DNA of 10,700 nt, from contig JAAFKJ010000063.1 in assembly GCA_021399395.1 (NCBI GenBank), forward strand, positions 1 to 10,700. The letters run 5' to 3'. A program made the translations under genes and the position numbers. Shown here piece by piece: positions 1 to 7,392 of this stretch. Positions within the stretch are counted from its first letter, which is position 1. Each line of letters begins with the position of its first letter. This DNA is from Candidatus Heimdallarchaeota archaeon. Lineage in GTDB: Archaea > Asgardarchaeota > Heimdallarchaeia > Heimdallarchaeales > Heimdallarchaeaceae. The notes beneath the pieces were generated by a model. The model was not told where the DNA came from and did no database searches. It worked only from the letters and a program-made list of their open reading frames with translations.

Positions 1-762
1 ATATTGTTTGAATAAATCTGGATGAACAAACTCCTCAATTTCCAGATCTGAACTTGGAGGTTTAAGATATTGTCCTATTGTTAGGATGTCACAATCAACA
101 TTACGTAAGTCCTTCATTACTTCTATTACTTCTTCTTTTGTTTCTCCCAATCCAACCATTAATCCTGATTTGGTAAATATTTTGGGGTTCATTTCTTTTA
201 CTAACTTGAGCAAATTCAAAGAAGTTTCATAACTAGCTTGTGGTGTAACCTTTCTGAATAACCTAGGAACAACTTCTACATTATGGTTGATTATATCTGG
301 TTTCGATTCGACGACAGTTCTGATATCCACTTCTTTTCCCTTGAAATCTGGAATAAGTAGTTCGATAATGAGGGTGTTATCATATTCCCTAAGTTTACGA
401 GTAATACCAGCAAAATGCGCGGCTCCACCATCCTTAAGATCATCTCTTGTAACTGAGGTGATTACTACATGCTTTAATCCAAGTTTCTTTGCTGCTTCAA
501 CTATATGATCGGGTTCTTCTGAATCTAGAGGGTTAGGTCTTCCAAAATTAATGTCACAGAATTTACAATCTCGAGTGCAAATGTCCCCCATAACAAGAAA
601 AGTTGCAGTTTTTTTCTCAAAACATTTTCCGATATTTGGACACATTGATTCTTCACAGACTGTGTGCAAACCCAATTTTCGGAGAATTTGTTGTACTTCC
701 CGTACTTTTTCTCTATCCATTTTCCCGATTCTTAGCCATTCAGGTTTTCGAAGTCTAGGCAT
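1..762 (-). CDS. lipA: Lipoyl synthase (radical SAM), 3' end truncated by the window edge
   Basis: Manual translation from ATG at 762: MPRLRKPEWLRIG...LHTVCEESMCPNIGKCF...ATFLVMGDICTRDCKFC...VVITSVTRDDLKDGGAAHFA...NHNVEVVPRLF...TKSGLMVGLGET...DILTIGQYLKP. It has both the LipA CX4CX5C motif and the radical SAM CX3CX2C motif. The frame is open to base 1 (254 codons). The start overlaps the lipB stop by 8 nt (ATGCCTAG). Confidence 0.97.
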   Translation of the reverse strand, partial: MPRLRKPEWLRIGKMDREKVREVQQILRKLGLHTVCEESMCPNIGKCFEKKTATFLVMGDICTRDCKFCDINFGRPNPLDSEEPDHIVEAAKKLGLKHVVITSVTRDDLKDGGAAHFAGITRKLREYDNTLIIELLIPDFKGKEVDIRTVVESKPDIINHNVEVVPRLFRKVTPQASYETSLNLLKLVKEMNPKIFTKSGLMVGLGETKEEVIEVMKDLRNVDCDILTIGQYLKPPSSDLEIEEFVHPDLFKQY

Positions 763-1474
763 CTCTTTCTATCCTCTTTTCTAATTCTTCTTCTGTTATC
801 TGTTCAAGTTTAATCTCAAAGATTGTTTCAAACAGCTGTTCGAATTTAGTATAAATCTCGTCTATATCTAGTTTTTTACCAAGTAATTTTTCCATAGATA
901 TGGGTTCATATTCAGTTATGCCACAAGGAACTATCAAACGGAAATGGTCCATATTGGTATTCACATTTAATGCTAGCCCGTGAGAAGTTATTAGTTTTGA
1001 TGCTCTAGCACCAATAGCTGCAATTTTCCATGTCCTACCTTGATAATTAATCCAAGTTCCTGGATAACCTTCCTTTCTCCATCCTTCTATGCCATATCCT
1101 TTGAGTAATTGTATAAGAATTTCTTCCATATTCCAAACAAATTGATCTACACTGATGTTCAATTTGGCAAGATTAAGTAGAATATAACCTACCATCTGAC
1201 CTGGACCATGGTATGTTACTTCACCACCTCTCTTCACATCAATTACATCTATCGCTTCGTTTGTCAGTATCTCTTCCGTAGCTAAAATATCCTCTCGAGA
1301 ACCCTTCTTACCAATTGTGAATACAGGATTATGTTGTAAAACAAGTAAGAAATTATCGTAATTCCTGTTATCCTCTTTAATCACTCTTATTCTCTGTTGC
1401 AAATCTAGGGAATAACGATATTCGAGTAGGTCATATTCTACAAGATAACAACTTCTCATGAGTGATTTCTCCAT
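755..1474 (-). CDS. lipB: Lipoyl(octanoyl) transferase
   Basis: LipB motifs HNPVFTIG, RGGEVTYHGPGQ, KIAAIG (catalytic Lys), HGLALNV and PCGI (catalytic Cys); coupled to lipA. An alternative ATG at 1459 has GGAG 9 nt upstream, so the start is uncertain. Confidence 0.95.
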   Translation of the reverse strand: MEKSLMRSCYLVEYDLLEYRYSLDLQQRIRVIKEDNRNYDNFLLVLQHNPVFTIGKKGSREDILATEEILTNEAIDVIDVKRGGEVTYHGPGQMVGYILLNLAKLNISVDQFVWNMEEILIQLLKGYGIEGWRKEGYPGTWINYQGRTWKIAAIGARASKLITSHGLALNVNTNMDHFRLIVPCGITEYEPISMEKLLGKKLDIDEIYTKFEQLFETIFEIKLEQITEEELEKRIERDA

Positions 1475-1487
1475 TCGTTTTCCGAAC

Positions 1488-1650
1488 AGAACGATATTTA
1501 TCTGTTGTCATCCCTGTTACGGTTACCCTAGACAGTCAAACAGATGGGATGACTCACGGCATCCACTATCCCGGAGGTAAAGACCAGCGGGAATACTTTG
1601 CGACCGATGTTTCCTGCAGCATTACAGTCAGCATTGAGCATCACTCCATT
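1488..1650 (-). ncRNA. Putative TnpB omegaRNA/reRNA (scaffold plus flank-derived guide); extent inferred
   Basis: GC is about 52% over 1501-1620 (62/120, hand count) against about 31% over 1321-1440 (37/120). Stems: GTCATCCC(1507-1514)/GGGATGAC(1546-1553) with inner TGTT/AACA, and TCCCG-GGT/ACC-CGGGA (1569-1592). Overlap with the tnpB 3' end matches known TnpB guide RNAs. Confidence 0.65.
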
Positions 1651-2736
1651 GGTACTCTTGTAAAGACCTCGTTTTGGCCTCCTTCCTAGATACTTGACAT
1701 GTTTGCGGATCGGTTCGTTATCTAAGAACGAGCACTTAGAAGTATAATTCTCTACGGTAAGGATGACCTCGATACCTACTTCCTCTGCCTTATAGTGGAG
1801 CTTACGTAGGAGGTTTAAGAAAGGGATGCTGACAAAATTCTGGTTGGTTCTCTTCCCCATCTTACTCTTCTGCTTCCACGTCTGGTTATATCCCACAACT
1901 ATCGTATCTATCTGATGGTTCAAACACTCGTTGATGACTATCCTAGACGCTTTATGTAGATAATCTTCCACCTGTTGATAGCGTTTATCTACCAACTTCT
2001 TCATCTTCTGTCCATACTCCTCTACTCCCTGCAGATCATAGATAGACTGGAGACGGGAGCGTTCTTTATTGTACCATTGATTGATAGCTTTTAGTTTCCT
2101 CCCTTTGATAAGAAAAGGGGGAAGCACGTTACTCACACAGGTCAAAAGGTTATTCACCCCTAAATCTATAGCAAGGATGTTCTTGGTCTGAGGAGGGGAG
2201 AGAGAAGTTCTTGCTTCTATTTCTTGTTCGTATATTATCTCTAAGATGAAACATGTTCCTCTAGGAAGTAAGCGCACATGGTTAATTTTCGTCCCTTCTT
2301 TTAGTCTAGTTTTTACTTTCCATCCTACTTTTTTGGGAAAATATATCCATCCTTCTTCGTTTAATTTTACTTGGTTGGCAGTGAAGTAAATGGTGTGGAA
2401 ACCTTGCTTCTTCTTGTATTTCGGTTCTTTAGGCTCAGCGAGGAACTTTTTCGGATTCTTTTTGTACTCTTTCTTTGCTCTGAAGTATGCTTTCCAGTTC
2501 TTTACTAAGAACTTGATGGTCTGTTGAGCTGAATGAGCGATGAACTTTGTGTAGCAGGGATGATACCTTACCATGTTTACTAGTTCATACTCTGAGGTTA
2601 GGTAATTGCTATAATTCATTTGTTGTTTGATAATATAGTTTCCATAATTGTATAGGTTTTTGCTCTGCCTCGCTAACTGCATAAGCGTGAAACTTGGTCG
2701 CACTTTTATCCGTTCAGTCCGTAAGACAAGCATCAT
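1528..2736 (-). CDS. tnpB: RNA-guided endonuclease TnpB (IS200/IS605 OrfB family)
   Basis: 402-aa basic protein. N-terminal SKNLYN and HSAQQTIK motifs; RuvC-I LAIDLGVNN; RuvC-II VENYTSKCS; RuvC-III NADCNAAGNI. All three catalytic acidic residues are present. The zinc-ribbon region lacks CxxC pairs. Confidence 0.95.
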   Translation of the reverse strand: MMLVLRTERIKVRPSFTLMQLARQSKNLYNYGNYIIKQQMNYSNYLTSEYELVNMVRYHPCYTKFIAHSAQQTIKFLVKNWKAYFRAKKEYKKNPKKFLAEPKEPKYKKKQGFHTIYFTANQVKLNEEGWIYFPKKVGWKVKTRLKEGTKINHVRLLPRGTCFILEIIYEQEIEARTSLSPPQTKNILAIDLGVNNLLTCVSNVLPPFLIKGRKLKAINQWYNKERSRLQSIYDLQGVEEYGQKMKKLVDKRYQQVEDYLHKASRIVINECLNHQIDTIVVGYNQTWKQKSKMGKRTNQNFVSIPFLNLLRKLHYKAEEVGIEVILTVENYTSKCSFLDNEPIRKHVKYLGRRPKRGLYKSTNGVMLNADCNAAGNIGRKVFPLVFTSGIVDAVSHPICLTV

Positions 2737-2755
2737 TCCTCTTCTTCCTTTTCAC

Positions 2756-2763
2756 TATTTAAA
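2756..2763 (-). promoter_or_regulatory. Candidate archaeal TATA box for tnpB
   Basis: TTTAAATA on the minus strand, 20-30 nt upstream of the tandem ATG ATG (2736/2733). Confidence 0.5.
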
Positions 2764-2932
2764 CTCCCAAACTTTCTATAATCCCTCTTTATTCAGGCGG
2801 AAGAAGGTCGGAAAAATTAAATTATCATTTTCTTCTTTTTAGTTGTGTTTTTAGCAATAGTGGTTGGACAGTTATAGTATTATTCAGTAAAGTTGAAGAA
2901 CAACCTCGCACAGAAGTTATAATTGGTTATAA

Positions 2933-3670
2933 ATGGCTAAGTTCTTAACAATAATATTGGCAGAAGCATCAATAGAATCTTTTCCTGAGGAATTGATGCA
3001 AGATATCAAAGTAAGAAACTATTTCTCCAAACTAAAAAAGAAACCATCTGAGATAATGTTAGATTCAAACTATCATAAACACCTACTAGGTGAATTGCCT
3101 GATGTAAAGAAGAGAGGCCGACCAGATATTGTTCACTTTGCGCTTCTATCTTGTTTTGGTTCAATTTGTGCAAGAGAACACAGGCTACAAGTAATAATAC
3201 ATACTTGTAACGACGAGATTATCTACTTGGATCCAGAGGTGAGATTACCGAAGAACATTGATAGATTCAATGGATTATTCTTGCAGCTGTTTAAAGATAA
3301 AAGAGTACCTCCAACAGGAAATGAAACCTTGATGACACTTGACCAAGGCACTTTGCTGGATTTATTGCAAGAACTTCGTCAGAAACATGACCTTATTGTT
3401 GAATTTAGTGTAAAAGGTGACCAATTATCCACCTCAGAATACTCTGAAACAATTTTTAATGCCGTAAACCCTCTTCTTATATTTGGAGCTTTTCCACATG
3501 GAGAAATCAAACCAATTCCAGATGAATTACTTGATAAGAAACTTGGTATATATGGAGAAGGTTTAGATTTATTTGCAGTAATATCTCAAATCCTTGCTAG
3601 TCAGCACATGCTAGAAGAAACTAGACTCCCGGAAAAGAAAGATGGGGAAAATGGAATATCGTGGGGATAA
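2933..3670 (+). CDS. nep1: 16S rRNA pseudouridine N1-methyltransferase Nep1/Emg1 (SPOUT)
   Basis: Motifs ILAEASIE, LDSNYH, RGRPDIVHFALL, IHT, RLPKNIDRFNGL and GAFPHG typical of archaeal Nep1. Confidence 0.93.
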   Translation: MAKFLTIILAEASIESFPEELMQDIKVRNYFSKLKKKPSEIMLDSNYHKHLLGELPDVKKRGRPDIVHFALLSCFGSICAREHRLQVIIHTCNDEIIYLDPEVRLPKNIDRFNGLFLQLFKDKRVPPTGNETLMTLDQGTLLDLLQELRQKHDLIVEFSVKGDQLSTSEYSETIFNAVNPLLIFGAFPHGEIKPIPDELLDKKLGIYGEGLDLFAVISQILASQHMLEETRLPEKKDGENGISWG

Positions 3671-3718
3671 GATGAAAGAGTTCTCTGAGCCCAAAAACTC
3701 CAAATTCCTAACGACATG

Positions 3719-3726
3719 TTTAAATT
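3719..3726 (+). promoter_or_regulatory. Candidate TATA box for the acyl-CoA synthetase gene
   Basis: TTTAAATT lies 25-32 nt upstream of the GTG at 3751. Confidence 0.4.
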
Positions 3727-3750
3727 ATATCTTTAAGTCGCACAATTTAG

Positions 3751-5877
3751 GTGAAAATACTGCCACTAACTAAATTAGACAAATTGTTACATCCTGATAG
3801 TGTAGCAATAATAGGAGCTAGTCCTGATAAGAAAAAAGTGGGATATGCTGCTTTAAGAAATATGGTTCTGAGTGGATACAAAGGAAGGTTATACGCTATT
3901 AATCCTAAAGCAGAACAATATGGGGAAATAGAGGGTGTAAAAGTCTATGCGAGTATCGATGAAATTGATGATCACATTGATTTAGCTGTTATCTGTATTC
4001 CAGCAAGATTTATTCCGCCATTAATGGAAACTCTAGGTCAAAAGGGTGTTACTTATGCTGCTGTGATTACCGCAGGATTTAAAGAAACTGGGGAAGAAGG
4101 GGCAAAATTAGAAAAACAACTAGTAGAAATAGCTAAAAAGTATGGAACAAGAATTGTTGGTCCAAATATTTTGGGTATTGTTGATACTTCAGCTCCAATG
4201 AATGCAAGTTTTGCTGAACGTTCTCCTATTAAAGGTGAAATTGCGTTTCTCAGTCAAAGTGGAGCTTTGTTAACCGGAATTCTTGATTGGAGTTGCGCAG
4301 AAGGTATTGGATATTCAAGTTTTGTTTCTCTTGGAAATAAAGCTGATTTAGATGAAACCGATTTCATAGAAGCATTAGCCGAAGATGAACACACATTAGC
4401 AATATTAGCATATCTTGAGAGTATTAATCGAGGAACTGAATTTATCAAGGTATGCAAAGAAGTTACTCGAAAAAAGCCAGTAATTATTATAAAATCAGGA
4501 AGATCTGAAGCAGGTTCAAAAGCAGCTTCATCCCATACAGGCAGTATGACTGGTGCTGATACTACTTATGATGTGGCATTTGAAAAAAGTGGCGTAATAA
4601 GAGCAGAAGATTCTCAAGAACTCTTTGATATGGCTTTTGCTTTTAGTTTCATGCCTATACCAAAGGGAAACAAAGTGGTGATTATTACTAATGCAGGAGG
4701 TCCCGGAATATTGGCAACAGATGCTGCAGAAAAGTACGGTCTTGAGTTAGCAACTCTTTCTCAAGAATTCAAAGATAAGCTTAAATTGTTTTTACCTCCC
4801 GCAGCGAACTTCAATAACCCAATTGATGCTCTGGGAACTGCACAAGCAGAAGATTACGGACGTGTCTTAGAACAGTCTTTACTTGAAGAAACTGTGGATG
4901 GAGTAATAGTCATTCTTACACCACAAGCAATGACAGAAGGACAGGAGACTGCAGAAAAGATAATAGAAATTAGAAATAGATATCCTCTGAAACCTATTGT
5001 AACCATTTTCATTGGTGGAGAAATATTGGGTCCACACATCTATCAATTGAAGAAAAACAAAATACCTTGCTTTCCACATCCTGAAAGAGGTGTGAGGGCA
5101 ATGGCAGCTTTAGCAGAATATGATAGAATAAGGAATAGACCAGTCGATGATGAAATTCCAGACTTAAAGCGTGATAAGGATAAGGTATTGGAAATAATTG
5201 AGAGAGTTAAATCGGAAAAGAGAAACAATCTTCTAGGAACAGAAGCAATAGAAGTTGCAAAAGCATATGGGATTTATACACCAGCAACAAAACTTGCTCG
5301 TACAGCACAACAAGCTGCTGACTTAGCAGAGGAAATAGGTTTTCCGGTTGTTATGAAAATAACTAGCCCAGATATAGTTCATAAAACTGACATCGGTGGA
5401 GTTCGGTTAAATATAAAGAGTAAGGAAGAAGCTGCTACAATTTATGAAGAGATTATGACGAGTGCGAAGAACCACCATCCTGAAACAAAACTTCTAGCAG
5501 TTGATGTACAGAAAATGGAAAAGGTAGGAAAGGAGTTAATCGTTGGTTCAATGAAGGATCCACAATTTGGTTCTTTAGTTATGGTTGGATTGGGTGGAGT
5601 TTATACAAATTTCTTCAAAGATGTATCATTTGGTCTTGCACCTCTTACAAAATTAGAGGCATCAACAATTCTGAAACGCACTAAAACCTATACACTTCTT
5701 AAAGGTGTAAGAGGAGAACCACCATCAGATATCAATGCAGTAGTTGATACATTGCTTAGAGTATCATTATTAGTACATGACTTCCCGCAGATAAAAGAGT
5801 TAGATATTAATCCTTTCTTCGTTTATGAAGATGGTCAAGGTGTTTCAGCTCTAGATGTAAAAATTACAATTGAGTAA
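3751..5877 (+). CDS. Acetate/acyl-CoA ligase (ADP-forming), fused alpha-beta (ACD)
   Basis: CoA-binding domain (SVAIIGAS, GPN), SQSGA, SLGNKAD, the phospho-His motif SHTG, TNAGGPG, NPID, and a C-terminal ATP-grasp domain (GFPVVMKI, HKTDIGGV, DPQFG, ELDINP). There is no GNAT domain. Substrate and exact start codon are uncertain. Confidence 0.92.
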   Translation: MKILPLTKLDKLLHPDSVAIIGASPDKKKVGYAALRNMVLSGYKGRLYAINPKAEQYGEIEGVKVYASIDEIDDHIDLAVICIPARFIPPLMETLGQKGVTYAAVITAGFKETGEEGAKLEKQLVEIAKKYGTRIVGPNILGIVDTSAPMNASFAERSPIKGEIAFLSQSGALLTGILDWSCAEGIGYSSFVSLGNKADLDETDFIEALAEDEHTLAILAYLESINRGTEFIKVCKEVTRKKPVIIIKSGRSEAGSKAASSHTGSMTGADTTYDVAFEKSGVIRAEDSQELFDMAFAFSFMPIPKGNKVVIITNAGGPGILATDAAEKYGLELATLSQEFKDKLKLFLPPAANFNNPIDALGTAQAEDYGRVLEQSLLEETVDGVIVILTPQAMTEGQETAEKIIEIRNRYPLKPIVTIFIGGEILGPHIYQLKKNKIPCFPHPERGVRAMAALAEYDRIRNRPVDDEIPDLKRDKDKVLEIIERVKSEKRNNLLGTEAIEVAKAYGIYTPATKLARTAQQAADLAEEIGFPVVMKITSPDIVHKTDIGGVRLNIKSKEEAATIYEEIMTSAKNHHPETKLLAVDVQKMEKVGKELIVGSMKDPQFGSLVMVGLGGVYTNFFKDVSFGLAPLTKLEASTILKRTKTYTLLKGVRGEPPSDINAVVDTLLRVSLLVHDFPQIKELDINPFFVYEDGQGVSALDVKITIE

Positions 5878-6023
5878 CTTATGTTACTCTATATTTTGTA
5901 TTATTGGTGTATTATTTATGTAGTTTGATTTTACTGCGTATTCTAGTATTCATTTGTTAAAATTGTTCTAATTGATTTTTGCAGAAACAGATAAAAATTC
6001 AATAATTATTTCGAATTACAATC

Positions 6024-6629
6024 TTAGTTATCTTTCAAACCTTCAAAAACAATGAAACCTGATTTTAGTTTCTGAGCTTCTTCCTCTGATAATTTTATTG
6101 TCTCTAACTTTGTAGAGTCCGCAGGAATGATAGTAGAATTTCCAAACGGATCTTCAACAACAATATCGATTGGCTTGTTCTCATCTATGTATACATCTAA
6201 CATAGAAATATATTCTACAATTTTCTGTCTTTCTTTCTGAGTTTCAGCATCCGCTAGTAAAAATCTAACCTTTCCTTGTATGTCTCTCAGTATGCCTTCG
6301 ATGTTACTAACAAAACCAGTTGCATTGGGTCCAGGTTCAATCATCGCTTCAATCTGTGGGAACCTAATAGTACCATTTGCAGCTCTTATGATTTTTGTTG
6401 TATAATCTTCTTCATTTTCTGCATGGTATATGTATCTCATTGGATTTTTTATTGACAGATTAATGAAATCGTTGTATTTGTAAAGACAATCACTACACGT
6501 TAAATTGAAAAACCACATCTGAGGAAAATGTGGTAAGTCCATAATCTTCTGTGTGACCTTGGTATTTTTACTCTCACAAACTGGACATGGGGTTTCCATT
6601 AGTTCTGAACTCAAGTCCTCAGATTTCAT
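6024..6629 (-). CDS. ZPR1-related zinc finger protein (archaeal single module)
   Basis: C4 finger CPVC...LPHF...CSDC, followed by IEPGP, GFVSNIEGIL and EDPFGNS, typical of the ZPR1 A/B domain. Confidence 0.9.
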   Translation of the reverse strand: MKSEDLSSELMETPCPVCESKNTKVTQKIMDLPHFPQMWFFNLTCSDCLYKYNDFINLSIKNPMRYIYHAENEEDYTTKIIRAANGTIRFPQIEAMIEPGPNATGFVSNIEGILRDIQGKVRFLLADAETQKERQKIVEYISMLDVYIDENKPIDIVVEDPFGNSTIIPADSTKLETIKLSEEEAQKLKSGFIVFEGLKDN

Positions 6630-6759
6630 CTAATCGTTCTAGTCTTGTTTTTTTGTTATTTTAAAGATTCAGTTATCATAAGAAAAGTATCCCTGGTAAT
6701 CAACAAATATCATCTATAAGTGATAGATTTTTTTAGAACTAGATTAGATTCAATTCAAG

Positions 6760-7383
6760 ATGAAAGAACTGGTAGCAATCTATGATATATTGTATCAATT
6801 TTACGGACCACAGAATTGGTGGCCTGGTGAAGGTTTGGAGATTGCAATAGGTGCAGTTCTAACACAGCAAACAAATTGGAAGAATGTTGAAAAAGCTCTT
6901 TCAAAACTTAAAGAAGCAAATTGTTTGAATTTAGATTGCTTACAATCTATTTCCATTTCTAGACTGGAGAATTTGATTATTTCAAGCGGCTATTACAAAA
7001 TTAAAGCACAACGATTAAAGAATCTAATAGATCTATTTGTAAAAGAGCCAAACCCAAGTCGTAAAATGCTACTCGATGTTAAAGGGCTGGGTTATGAAAC
7101 AGCTGATGCTATTCTTCTTTATTTATTTGAGCAACTATATTTTGTTATTGATGCTTATACATTCCAGATTTTGGGGAGAATGGGATCGTACAAAGAACAA
7201 AATTATCTGGAACTCCAAAGACTATTTATGCAGAGTATTCCAAAGGACGTACAAGTGTATAAAGAATATCATGCACTTTTGGTCAAACATGCTAAATCTT
7301 ACTGTAAGAAAAAAGAACCAATCTGTTCTTTGTGCCCGTTAAATGATCAATGTGAATATCATCTAGAAGCATCTAATCAATAA
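6760..7383 (+). CDS. Endonuclease III-related HhH-GPD protein with [4Fe-4S] motif (COG2231-like)
   Basis: GPQNWWP, GAVLTQQTNWKNVEKA, SGYYKIKA, HhH VKGLGYETADAILLY, VIDAYT, EYHALLVKHAK and a C-terminal CX6CX2CX5C. Confidence 0.9.
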   Translation: MKELVAIYDILYQFYGPQNWWPGEGLEIAIGAVLTQQTNWKNVEKALSKLKEANCLNLDCLQSISISRLENLIISSGYYKIKAQRLKNLIDLFVKEPNPSRKMLLDVKGLGYETADAILLYLFEQLYFVIDAYTFQILGRMGSYKEQNYLELQRLFMQSIPKDVQVYKEYHALLVKHAKSYCKKKEPICSLCPLNDQCEYHLEASNQ

Positions 7384-7392
7384 GTGAATAAT

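Larger units (their letters stand above)
1504..2810 (-). mobile_element. Non-autonomous IS200/IS605-family (IS1341-like) element carrying tnpB only; boundaries approximate
   Basis: tnpB has no tnpA in the 196 bp before nep1 and sits between the divergent housekeeping genes lipB and nep1. There is a hairpin at the tnpB 3' end (1507-1553) and a weak hairpin at 2783-2807, just inside a switch to very AT-rich sequence. No target-site duplication was seen, as expected for this family. The left end is poorly defined. Confidence 0.65.

Noticed and set aside
287-784. Plus-strand ORFs 287-508 and 551-784
   Set aside because: Antisense shadows of lipA.
1440-1560. CRISPR array next to tnpB (Cas12f-like locus)
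   Set aside because: No second direct copy of the putative repeat; lipB begins immediately.
1528-2736. Nuclease-dead TnpB repressor (TldR-like)
   Set aside because: All three RuvC catalytic residues are intact.
1478-2815. 8-bp inverted match TTTTCCGA (1478-1485) / TCGGAAAA (2808-2815) as terminal inverted repeats
   Set aside because: Short and plausible by chance, with no flanking duplication. IS200/IS605 elements lack TIRs.
1462-2842. Plus-strand ORFs 1462-1689 and 2648-2842
   Set aside because: Antisense to tnpB. No HUH/Y1 or serine recombinase motifs, so not tnpA.
3672-3773. 33-codon ORF bridging nep1 and ACD (MKEFSEPK...)
   Set aside because: No recognisable motif; it overlaps the probable ACD promoter and start.
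4254-5228. Short minus-strand ORFs within ACD
   Set aside because: Antisense shadows of a strongly supported gene.
3751-5877. Pat/YfiQ-type protein acetyltransferase
   Set aside because: No GNAT domain, and both phospho-His motifs are retained.
7076-7342. 88-aa alternative-frame ORF within the EndoIII-like gene
   Set aside because: Fully nested; the main frame is intact with all motifs, so no frameshift is needed.
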